In this document: in pieces, positions 38,868-47,830 of the stretch
Numbering within the stretch: position 1 is the stretch's first letter
Layout: each line of letters opens with the position of its first letter
Assembly (NCBI GenBank): GCA_903927905.1
Contig: CAIYOY010000383.1
Location: 2,080 to 66,079, forward strand
Length of the DNA stretch: 64,000 bases
Direction: 5' to 3'
Source of the DNA: an uncultured Verrucomicrobiales bacterium
GTDB taxonomy: Bacteria > Verrucomicrobiota > Verrucomicrobiia > Limisphaerales > Palsa-1400
The notes under the pieces: model-generated
The model's database searches: none
What the model was told of the DNA's origin: nothing
Seen by the model: the letters and a program-made list of their open reading frames with translations, nothing else
Position numbers and translations under genes: made by a program

Positions 38868-41800
38868 ATGAATTTTCGTTTCCGAACTGCCTGGCACCCA
38901 ATCCAGGCCGCGCTGCTGCTTGGCCTGCTGGGTCTTATCCCGGCCCAAGCGGCCGGGAAAAGTGTCCAGTATCTGGATCAGCTCTGGCAAATTGAGGACG
39001 GTTTGCCTGGCCAGATCGTTCGCCAGGTTCTCCAGGGCCATGACGGTTATCTTTGGGCCGCCACCAGTCAAACGCTCACCCGCTTTGACGGCCTGCATTT
39101 TTCCCTCAACAATTTCCCCACTTACGAAAAGGACCGGCAATATCTGGCGCTCGCGAAAACTTCCGACGGCAGCATGTGGGTTTCGTCCAGTGACGGCCTG
39201 GCCCGGTTTAAAAACGGCCAGACCACTTTTTACACCCAAACCAACGGCCTGCCCTGCAACTACATCCTGACCGTTTATGAAGACCGGCATGGCACCATCT
39301 GGATCGGCGCGACCAACGGACTGGCCAAATTTCAGAACGAAAAATTTATCCACTTGACCAGTAACGAAGGCTTTCTGGAAAATTCCGTCCGCGCCATTCT
39401 GGAAGATCATGCTGGCACGCTTTGGGTCGGCACGGTCGAGGGTTTGATCGAATATCGCGAGGGCCACACCATTTACCACACTCAAACCAACCTCTACCAT
39501 AATTCGGTCCAATGCCTGGCCGAAACCGCCGACGGCAGCCTGTGGGTCGGCACCAGTGATGGCCTGGATCGCTACCGTAACGGTGTCTGCACCACTTACA
39601 ATCAAAGAGAAGGCGAACTTTACGATCACAATGTGCGCGCGCTTTATGAAGGGCCGGACGGCGGCTTGTGGATCGGTTCGCTCGGCGGGTTGCAGCGCTT
39701 TCACCGGGAAAAATTCGAGCGCGTCGCCATCGCCGGAGATTTGGCGGCGGATTATGACAACGCCGTTCCCGGCTACGTTTATTCGATCTGCGGCGACAGT
39801 GAAGGAGACATCTGGGTCGGCACCAGCCTCGGGTTGAACCGGCTCAAACCGCAACTGTTCCGCACCCTGCGGAAGGAAGACGGCCTGCCGGAACGCCAGA
39901 TCAATTCCGTCCTGCAGGATCATAATGGCGATCTGTGGGTTGGGACCTACGGCGGTGGGCTGGCGCAAATCCATGAAAATAAAATCAAGACTTGGACCAC
40001 CCGCGATGGTTTGAACAATAACCACATCTATGGCTTGTGCGAAGACCACTCCGGCGGCCTCTGGGTTGGCACCAAAAACGGCGGTCTGGATTATTTTATC
40101 CACGGAAAAGTCGCCAAGGAATACAACATCACCAACGTGGCCAATCTGGCGGACAAAACGGCCAGAGTCATCGTGGAAGATCGCAGGCACGATGTCTGGG
40201 TTGGCGGCAATAATGGCTTAAGCTGCCTCCATAACGGCGTTTTTCGAGCCCCTGACCTCAATCTCACCGTGGTCAAAACTATTCTCGAGGATGAGCAGGG
40301 AAATATCTGGGTTGGCTTCAAATCGGGGCTGGCCCGCATCACTGACGGCCAGACCAAAATTTTTGGCCGGGCTGACAATTTCCCCGTCGAAATGGTCAAT
40401 GCCCTCTGTCAAGGTGATCACGGCAGCATTTGGGTCGGGACCGATACCGGCCAACTGTTTCGCCTGAACAATGGCACCATCAAAACCTGTCCATCCACCC
40501 AATCTCTCTTCACCCGAATCCTGCATATCTTCGACGATAATACCGGCCATCTCTGGATCACCACGCAACGCGGCGTCTTTCGCCTGAACAAAACCCAGCT
40601 TGAAACCGGCTCGGACCCCGCCGTCCAGGCGGTCGCCTATGGCAAACTGGACGGCATGAAGCGCGCCCAGTGCAACGGCATTGCCCAACCCTCGGGTTGG
40701 AAATCCGCCGATGGACAACTCTGGATTCCAACCATCGCCGGGCTGGTATCGGTGGATGTCAAGTCGGTCCAGGCCAATCAGACCATCCCGAAAGTTGTCC
40801 TGAAAGAAGTCATTGTTGACGGCCAGCCCATTGCCATGGAAGGCGTCGCCCCCCGCCTGCCGCCTGATTGCGAAATTGAATTTACCAGCACGGCCCTCAG
40901 CCTCCAATCGCCGGAACATATCCTCTTTCAATGCCGCCTCTCTGGATTGGACGCCAAATGGCAAAACCTCGGGACCCGGCGCACTGTCCACTACCCTCAT
41001 CTGGCGGCGGGCAACTACATTTTCCAGGTGCGCGCTTGCAACAGCGAAGGACTGTGGAATCCGGTGGGCGCATCGTTCGCTTTTGTCATCGCACCCTATT
41101 TTTACGAAACGGGAGGATTCTGGTTGCTGGGTTTGATCGTCGTTGCCGGTTCTGTTTTGGCTCTGTTTCGGTTCCGCGCCCACCAACATGAATTGCGTGA
41201 AAAGAAACTGACCCGTTTAGTGGAAGAAAAAACCCGCGGGCTGGTCGAAACCCAGCAAATCGTCCTGCGCCAGGAACGTCTGGCCGCCGTCAGCCAGTTG
41301 GCCACCGGCATCGCCCATGAATTCAATAACATCCTGACCATCATCCAGGGCCACACCGCTCTCCTGATGGAAAACCCGAATCTCGATGCCGAGTCCATCA
41401 AATCGCTGAACCATATCGGCGAGGGCGTCGATCGCACGGCCAAGCTCACCCAACAAATCCTCGCTTTCAGCCGCAAACAAATCATGCAGCCTCAAGTCCT
41501 TGATCTCAACGCCGTCGCCGGCCACATCACCCAGGTGCTCGGCCGTTTGCTCGAAGAAAATGTCCGCGTCTGCTGTGATTTTGATCCCAAGATTCCCACC
41601 ATTGAGGCCGACCCCGGCATGATCGAACAAATGGTCATGAACCTCGCGGTCAACGCCCGCGACGCCATGCCCAAGGGCGGCCAATTAACCATCGCCACTG
41701 CTAACGCCACCTTCAATCAGGCGGATGTCCTGCTCCGGCCTGAGCGCCGTCCGGGTTCGTTTGTGCAATTGAGCGTGACCGACACCGGCTGCGGCATGGC

Positions 41801-42413
41801 TCCCGCCGTGGTCAATCGCCTCTTCGAACCGTTTTTCAGCACGAAAGAAGTCGGCAAAGGCACCGGCCTTGGCCTGGCCACGGTGTACGGCCTGGTGAAC
41901 CAGCATCAGGGTTGGATCGAGGTGGATAGCACGCTGGGAAAAGGAACAGCTTTTCGCATCCACTTTCCCATCAGTGGCAAACCTTTGCCCGTTATCCCGG
42001 AGAAAACTTCGCCCGCAAAAACAGGCGGTCACGAAACCATCCTCGTGGTGGAGGATGAACCGGTCTTGCGCGAGCTCGTCCGCGAAATTCTGCAGGACCA
42101 GGGTTATACCATTCTCGAGGCGGGCAACGGCGTCGAAGCGATCGCCGTCTGGGAGAAGGAGCGGCAGCGGATTGATTTGTTATTGACAGATATCATCATG
42201 CCCGAGGGGATTTCCGGCCATCAACTGGCGGCCCGTTTTCAGGCGGACAATCCAAGTCTGCCCGTGATTTTCAGCACCGGCCACAGTCGCGAGATGATCG
42301 AGCGCAACCATGGCACCGCCCCCGGCACCCTCTTCCTCTCCAAGCCTTATCATCCGGCGCAGCTTTCCGAAACCGTCCGGGAATGTCTGGATGCCGCCCG
42401 CGCCAAAAAATAA
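38868..42413 (+). CDS. Hybrid histidine kinase with periplasmic two-component regulator propeller and Y_Y_Y domain
   Basis: Many EDxxGxLWVGT blades, YIFQVRACN, a TM helix, IAHEFNNILT, HATPase and REC. Confidence 0.92.
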   Translation: MNFRFRTAWHPIQAALLLGLLGLIPAQAAGKSVQYLDQLWQIEDGLPGQIVRQVLQGHDGYLWAATSQTLTRFDGLHFSLNNFPTYEKDRQYLALAKTSDGSMWVSSSDGLARFKNGQTTFYTQTNGLPCNYILTVYEDRHGTIWIGATNGLAKFQNEKFIHLTSNEGFLENSVRAILEDHAGTLWVGTVEGLIEYREGHTIYHTQTNLYHNSVQCLAETADGSLWVGTSDGLDRYRNGVCTTYNQREGELYDHNVRALYEGPDGGLWIGSLGGLQRFHREKFERVAIAGDLAADYDNAVPGYVYSICGDSEGDIWVGTSLGLNRLKPQLFRTLRKEDGLPERQINSVLQDHNGDLWVGTYGGGLAQIHENKIKTWTTRDGLNNNHIYGLCEDHSGGLWVGTKNGGLDYFIHGKVAKEYNITNVANLADKTARVIVEDRRHDVWVGGNNGLSCLHNGVFRAPDLNLTVVKTILEDEQGNIWVGFKSGLARITDGQTKIFGRADNFPVEMVNALCQGDHGSIWVGTDTGQLFRLNNGTIKTCPSTQSLFTRILHIFDDNTGHLWITTQRGVFRLNKTQLETGSDPAVQAVAYGKLDGMKRAQCNGIAQPSGWKSADGQLWIPTIAGLVSVDVKSVQANQTIPKVVLKEVIVDGQPIAMEGVAPRLPPDCEIEFTSTALSLQSPEHILFQCRLSGLDAKWQNLGTRRTVHYPHLAAGNYIFQVRACNSEGLWNPVGASFAFVIAPYFYETGGFWLLGLIVVAGSVLALFRFRAHQHELREKKLTRLVEEKTRGLVETQQIVLRQERLAAVSQLATGIAHEFNNILTIIQGHTALLMENPNLDAESIKSLNHIGEGVDRTAKLTQQILAFSRKQIMQPQVLDLNAVAGHITQVLGRLLEENVRVCCDFDPKIPTIEADPGMIEQMVMNLAVNARDAMPKGGQLTIATANATFNQADVLLRPERRPGSFVQLSVTDTGCGMAPAVVNRLFEPFFSTKEVGKGTGLGLATVYGLVNQHQGWIEVDSTLGKGTAFRIHFPISGKPLPVIPEKTSPAKTGGHETILVVEDEPVLRELVREILQDQGYTILEAGNGVEAIAVWEKERQRIDLLLTDIIMPEGISGHQLAARFQADNPSLPVIFSTGHSREMIERNHGTAPGTLFLSKPYHPAQLSETVRECLDAARAKK

Positions 42414-42555
42414 AAAATTGGGATGTCCTACTGTTTTTGCGGGATGTTCATTTCACGCTTCCACTATTGAATTTCCGGGAAACCTTCCCCATACTTTAAT
42501 TCGATTGAATGGTGTTCCAATACTCAACGAGCAGCCAGCCCGCACCGATCTAACA

Positions 42556-43716
42556 ATGATCGCATCCGCTGGAGTCCCCTTTACGCCCACGGAAGAAGCG
42601 TTCCGCTTTATCTGGGAACATTCCCTGGATGGCATGAGGCTGACCAACGAGGAAGGGATCATGGTCATGGTCAACGACGCTTTCTGCCGGCTGGTCGGAA
42701 AAAATCGCGAGGAATTGATCAATCAACCGCTCTCCATGATTTACCAGACGGATCACGCCCCGGTCATGGCCAAACACATTGACCGGTTTGCCGCCCGCAA
42801 TGTCGAACCGCTGTTCGAGCGTGAATTATTTCTCTGGCACGGCCTGAAAGTCTGGTTCGAGCTGTCAAATAGTTTTATCGAAATCCCCGGCCAGGCAACC
42901 TTGTTGCTCAGTTTGTTTCGCGACATCACCGACCGCCGCCAGGCCGAGGAGAAATTGCGCGACTTCACCGCCCGGCTGGAACGGAGCAACCGCGAATTGC
43001 AGGATTTCGCCTACGTCGCCTCGCACGATCTGCAGGAACCGTTGCGCAAAGTCACGGTATTCGGCGACCGTTTGAAGACCAAATTCAGCCCGGCCCTGGG
43101 TGACGAGGGCCGCGACTATTTGGACCGGATGTTAAAAGCGACCGACCGGATGCAGTCGCTCATCAACGATCTTCTGACCTATTCCCGGGTGGCCAGCAAA
43201 CCCCAGGGTTTTGCGGCGGTGGATCTGGCCGAGGCGGCCCGGGAAGTCGTCAGCGATCTGGAAGGGCGCATCGAGCAGGTGAATGGCAAGGTGGAGATCG
43301 GCGCGCTGCCGGTGATTGAAGCCGAGTCCCTCCAGATCCGCCAGTTGTTCCAAAACCTCATCGGCAACGCCCTGAAATTTCACCGGCCCGGAACCAAGCC
43401 GCGCGTGACCATCGAAGCCGCCTATTTCGCCCAGCCGGCCCATTTGACAGCGGACGGCAAGCCCCACCCGATGATCCGCCTGACCGTGGCGGACAACGGC
43501 ATCGGCTTTGATGAAAAATATGCCGAGCGAATTTTTCAGGTGTTTCAACGATTGCACAGCCGCGCGGCCTACGAGGGCACCGGCATGGGGCTGGCCATCG
43601 CGCGAAAGATCGTCGAACGCCACCACGGCAGCATCGCCGCCCAAAGCAAGCCCGGCGAAGGCACCACTTTTATCATCACTTTACCTATCAAACAGCAAAC
43701 ACCCAACAACTCATGA
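42556..43716 (+). CDS. PAS histidine kinase with phytochrome-type HisKA
   Basis: SNRELQDFAYVASHDLQEPLRK, QLFQNLIGNALKF, DNGIGFD and FQRLH...YEGTGMGLAI. Start approximate. Confidence 0.9.
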   Translation: MIASAGVPFTPTEEAFRFIWEHSLDGMRLTNEEGIMVMVNDAFCRLVGKNREELINQPLSMIYQTDHAPVMAKHIDRFAARNVEPLFERELFLWHGLKVWFELSNSFIEIPGQATLLLSLFRDITDRRQAEEKLRDFTARLERSNRELQDFAYVASHDLQEPLRKVTVFGDRLKTKFSPALGDEGRDYLDRMLKATDRMQSLINDLLTYSRVASKPQGFAAVDLAEAAREVVSDLEGRIEQVNGKVEIGALPVIEAESLQIRQLFQNLIGNALKFHRPGTKPRVTIEAAYFAQPAHLTADGKPHPMIRLTVADNGIGFDEKYAERIFQVFQRLHSRAAYEGTGMGLAIARKIVERHHGSIAAQSKPGEGTTFIITLPIKQQTPNNS

Positions 43717-44174
43717 ATAAACCCGGAAAACTAATTACGATACTGCTGGCCGACGATGATCCCGATGATCGGCAAATGACCCAGGAAGCCCTGTCGGAAT
43801 GCCGCCTGGCCAACGAAATGCACGTCGTGGAAGATGGCGAAGAACTCCTGGATTATCTGTTCCGACGCAACAAATACGCCAACCTGGCCAAGGAACCGCT
43901 GCCCGGCTTGATCCTGCTTGACTTGAACATGCCCCGCAAAGACGGTCGCGAAGCGCTCAAGGAAATAAAAGCCAATCCCGATCTGCGCCGCATTCCCGTC
44001 GTCGTTCTGACCACTTCCAAGGCGGAGGAGGATATTTTGCGCACCTACGATCTCGGCGTGAATTCTTACATCACCAAACCGGTGACTTTTGATTCGTTGG
44101 TGGATACGATCAAGGTCCTGGGCCGGTATTGGTTTGAAATTGTGGAATTACCGCCGGATGAACATTCCATTTGA
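43713..44174 (+). CDS. Single-domain response regulator (Rcp1-like)
   Basis: ILLADDD, ILLDLNMPRKDGRE, PVVVLTTS and NSYITKP; ATGA overlap with the kinase gene. Confidence 0.92.
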   Translation: MNKPGKLITILLADDDPDDRQMTQEALSECRLANEMHVVEDGEELLDYLFRRNKYANLAKEPLPGLILLDLNMPRKDGREALKEIKANPDLRRIPVVVLTTSKAEEDILRTYDLGVNSYITKPVTFDSLVDTIKVLGRYWFEIVELPPDEHSI

Positions 44175-44177
44175 CCC

Positions 44178-46079
44178 ATGACTAACGGCCCCATTCGCGT
44201 CCTGCTGGTGGATGATGATGAAGATGATTACATCATCACGCGGGATCTTTTCAGCGAATTGGACGCGAAGTCGTATCAGTTGGACTGGGTCAAAACTTAT
44301 GAAGCCGGGCTGGAAGCGATGATCCGGCGGCAACACGATGTTTGCATCGTTGATTTTTTTCTCGGCGCGCGCACCGGACTGGATCTCCTCAAACAAGCCA
44401 AATCTTACGGTGCCCAGGCCCCGATCATCCTGTTGACCGGCCAGGGCGACCATAGCGTGGACTTGGATGCCATGCGCGCCGGGGCGGAGGATTTTTTGGT
44501 GAAAGGCCAGATCACCGCCAAATGGCTCGAGCGCGCCATCCGTTACGCCATTGAACGCAATCGGGCCGAGGAAAAAATCCAGAAGCTCGCGGCCTTTCCC
44601 CGGACTAATCCCAATCCAGTGCTGGAGTTCAGCGCCGAAGGGAAGATGACTTACAGCAATGACGCAGCCCAGCGCATGGCGGCGTCGCTCGGCAAGGACT
44701 CCCTGCTGCCCGCGCTGCCGCCGGACACGCAAATCATCATCGTGGAGTGCCTCCTGTCCGGCCAAAATAAAATCAACCTCCAGACCTCGCAGCAGGGGCG
44801 CACCATCTCCTGGTCGTTCATCCCGAATACCGCGAGCAAGACGGTGCATTGTTACGCCAATGAAATCACCGACCGTTTGAACCTGGAAGCGCAACTGCGC
44901 CATTCGGTCAAGATGGAAGCCATCGGCCAGTTGGCCGCCGGCGTGGCCCATGATTTTAATAACATTCTCACGGTCATTCAGGGACATGCCGACCTGTTGC
45001 TGCACTCGCCCAAGGTGACGCCGGAAACGGAAAAGCCCCTGCTGCAAATTTGCCAGGCCTCGGAACGGGCCGGCAAACTGATCAAGCAACTGCTCATGTT
45101 CAGCCGCAAACAGGTCCTGCAATTGCGCTTCGTGGATGTGAATGAGATCATCAGCAATGTCAGCAAGATGTTGCAACGCCTGCTCGGCGAACATGTCCAA
45201 TTTGACTTTATCCAGGGCCAGAACCTGGCCCCCATTTATGCCGACGTCGGCATGATCGAGCAAATCCTCCTCAATCTTTCAATCAATGCGCGCGATGCCA
45301 TGCCCGGCGGCGGACGCCTGATCATCAGCACGGCACAGGTGGTCTTGGAGCCGATGGCTTCGATCCTGAATCCCGAGGCGCGCCCCGGCAATTTCATCTG
45401 CCTCAGTGTCAAAGATACGGGTTGCGGGATGGACCATGCGACCCTGCATCATCTCTTCGAGCCGTTCTTCACCACGAAAGAAACCGGCAAGGGCACCGGC
45501 CTGGGGCTGGCCACGGTCTATGGCATTGTCAAACAGCATCAGGGCTGGATCGTGGTGGACAGCCAGCTCAATGCCGGCTCGACCTTTTCCATTTTTCTGC
45601 CCAGCGCGGCGCGCGAAACCGCCACGGTTGCGCCGGAAGCGCCGGAAGCCAGGCCGACCGTGCCCGGCGGCCATGAGACCATTTTGGTGGTGGAGGATGA
45701 ATCGGCCTTGCGAGAATTGGTGGTCAGCATTCTTGAGCTTTACGGTTACAAGATCTATCAGGCTGAAACCGGGGTGGCCGCGCTGAAAGTTTGGGAAAAA
45801 CACAAAGATGAAATTGACCTTCTATTGACTGACATGGTCATGCCGGAAGGGATTTCAGGACGGCAATTGGCCGAGCGCTTGCACCAGGAAGATCCCGAAC
45901 TGAAAGTCATCTATACCAGCGGTTACAGTCCGGGCATGGCGGGCAAGGACATCGCTTTGCTGGAAGGGTTTAATTTCCTGGCCAAACCGTATCCGCCCAA
46001 TCGTCTGGCCCAGGTGGTCCGCGAATGTCTCGACGGGGTCAAAAAGGGCCACACGGAATTATACCGGAAAAACAAGTGA
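44178..46079 (+). CDS. Hybrid REC-PAS-HisKA-HATPase-REC protein
   Basis: N-terminal [33 protein letters not shown] and a C-terminal REC. Confidence 0.92.
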   Translation: MTNGPIRVLLVDDDEDDYIITRDLFSELDAKSYQLDWVKTYEAGLEAMIRRQHDVCIVDFFLGARTGLDLLKQAKSYGAQAPIILLTGQGDHSVDLDAMRAGAEDFLVKGQITAKWLERAIRYAIERNRAEEKIQKLAAFPRTNPNPVLEFSAEGKMTYSNDAAQRMAASLGKDSLLPALPPDTQIIIVECLLSGQNKINLQTSQQGRTISWSFIPNTASKTVHCYANEITDRLNLEAQLRHSVKMEAIGQLAAGVAHDFNNILTVIQGHADLLLHSPKVTPETEKPLLQICQASERAGKLIKQLLMFSRKQVLQLRFVDVNEIISNVSKMLQRLLGEHVQFDFIQGQNLAPIYADVGMIEQILLNLSINARDAMPGGGRLIISTAQVVLEPMASILNPEARPGNFICLSVKDTGCGMDHATLHHLFEPFFTTKETGKGTGLGLATVYGIVKQHQGWIVVDSQLNAGSTFSIFLPSAARETATVAPEAPEARPTVPGGHETILVVEDESALRELVVSILELYGYKIYQAETGVAALKVWEKHKDEIDLLLTDMVMPEGISGRQLAERLHQEDPELKVIYTSGYSPGMAGKDIALLEGFNFLAKPYPPNRLAQVVRECLDGVKKGHTELYRKNK

Positions 46080-46205
46080 TTGGGTTGATCGAAGCGGGCA
46101 GAGGAATCTAAAATATTTACAGCGTCGAACCAAGAAATTAAACAAGCGAAATCAAACTTAGATTTCGCGTCCCGCACCTCGCTGAGATCAGCCAAGCGAG
46201 CCGCA

Positions 46206-46239
46206 GCAATTCCATGTAACATATGTTACATGGAATTGC
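46206..46239. promoter_or_regulatory. Perfect 34-bp palindrome upstream of pfk; candidate operator
   Basis: GCAATTCCATGTAACAT|ATGTTACATGGAATTGC. Confidence 0.6.
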
Positions 46240-46352
46240 CACGGCTTTGAGTTTCCCCTTTACAGTTTAGCTTCAGGTTGGCAAGGTTCGTTTCGTATTT
46301 ATTGCCGGTACTACCCAACTGGCAAAGCCACAGTTCGAACCCATTTACACCT

Positions 46353-47624
46353 ATGGCAGAATTAATCGGAAATCTTTTAGTCGCCCAATCAGGCGGGCCC
46401 ACCGCCGTGATCAACGCCAGCGTTGCCGGCGTCGTGCAGGAAGCCAAAAAACACGCCTGCATCAAAGGCATTTACGGCGGCATGAACGGCATCCTCGGAA
46501 TTCTCAACGAGCAGTTGATGGATCTGCGCGCGGAAAAGGATGAGGTCATTGAAGCGCTAAAGCACACTCCCGCCGCCGCGTTGGGCACCTGCCGTTACAA
46601 GATCGATTTTAAAAAGAAACCGGAAAAAGCAGCCAAAGACATGGATCGGTTGTTCCAGGTTTTTGAGGCGCACGACATCCATTTTTTCTTTTATGCCGGA
46701 GGCAATGATTCGCAGGACACAGCCGATAAAATTCACGGAGAAGCGATCAAGCGCGGGTATGAGATGCGGGTCATCGGGGTGCCGAAGACGATTGATAATG
46801 ATTTGCCGCATACGGACCATTGCCCGGGATTTGGCTCGGTGGCGAAATATAATGCCACCACGGTGATGGAAATCGCCACCGACGTCAGCAGCATGGCGAC
46901 GGATGACGGGGCTTGTTGCGTGGTGGAGGTGATGGGACGCGGGGCGGGCTGGATCGCGGCCAGCACGGTTTTGGCGCAACGCGCGCCCGGTGATGCGCCG
47001 CATATCATTTTGTTGCCGGAAATTCCGTTTAATGAAGCGGCCTTTTTGGCCAAGGTGAAATCGGTCGTGGCCAAGCTGCGCTACTGCGTGGTGGTGGTCG
47101 GCGAAGGGTTGAAGAAGGAAGACGGCACTGAATTCAGCGCGGACACGACTCGCTTGGACGCGTTCGGCCACCCGGTGCTTTCCGGCGCGGCGGAGCGGTT
47201 GGCGGAAATTGTTTACGGGAAATTGAACACCAAAACGCGTTCGGTGAAGCTCGGTTACGCCCAACGCTGCGCTGCGCATTACGCCAGCGCCACCGATGCG
47301 GCGGAAGCGGCCGCCTGCGGTGAAGCAGCGGTGCGAGCGGCCACCGAAGGCAAGAGCGGTTACATGGTGAAGATCGTTCGCACGCAACAATCTCCTTATA
47401 AATGGAAAACCGATCTGCAACCGCTGAAAGACATCGCCAACGTCGAGCATTTCATCCCGCGCGATTGGATCAGCGCGGATGGGTTCATGCCGAACGAAAA
47501 ATTTGTGGACTATGCGCGTCCGTTGATCGAAGGAGAAACAAAAGTCCCGACCGAAGGAGGCTTGCCCAAATTCGCCGTGCTGGAAAAGAAGCAATTGCCG
47601 AAAACGCTGGGGAAGAGAAGTTAA
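46353..47624 (+). CDS. pfp: 6-phosphofructokinase, probably PPi-dependent
   Basis: AQSGGPTAVINAS, GGNDSQD (Asp typical of PPi-PFK), PKTIDND and EVMGR. Start at ATG 46353. Confidence 0.85.
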   Translation: MAELIGNLLVAQSGGPTAVINASVAGVVQEAKKHACIKGIYGGMNGILGILNEQLMDLRAEKDEVIEALKHTPAAALGTCRYKIDFKKKPEKAAKDMDRLFQVFEAHDIHFFFYAGGNDSQDTADKIHGEAIKRGYEMRVIGVPKTIDNDLPHTDHCPGFGSVAKYNATTVMEIATDVSSMATDDGACCVVEVMGRGAGWIAASTVLAQRAPGDAPHIILLPEIPFNEAAFLAKVKSVVAKLRYCVVVVGEGLKKEDGTEFSADTTRLDAFGHPVLSGAAERLAEIVYGKLNTKTRSVKLGYAQRCAAHYASATDAAEAAACGEAAVRAATEGKSGYMVKIVRTQQSPYKWKTDLQPLKDIANVEHFIPRDWISADGFMPNEKFVDYARPLIEGETKVPTEGGLPKFAVLEKKQLPKTLGKRS

Positions 47625-47643
47625 AAAAAGGATTTTGGACTCG

Positions 47644-47736
47644 CGCGAAGCGTCTGGTGCGCCTTGTTAGTTGGCGTTTTTTGTCGGCACAGCGTCAAAA
47701 GGGGTAGAGAGCTAACCACACTCCAGGCGCTTCGCG
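47644..47736. repeat. Degenerate REP-like inverted doublet after pfk
   Basis: CGCGAAGCGTCTGG ... CCAGGCGCTTCGCG match 13/14. Confidence 0.55.
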
Positions 47737-47830
47737 AATTTTTCCATTTGATCCACCTGCGCGCACAGGCGCACCGGTGTTAACGCAAATCATGGCTTGA
47801 CTCCCGGTCGGGGCCCGATAATTTTCGCCT

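Noticed and set aside
42556-44174. Bacteriophytochrome operon
   Set aside because: The kinase and Rcp1-like regulator are of that type, but there is no GAF-PHY chromophore module or heme oxygenase.
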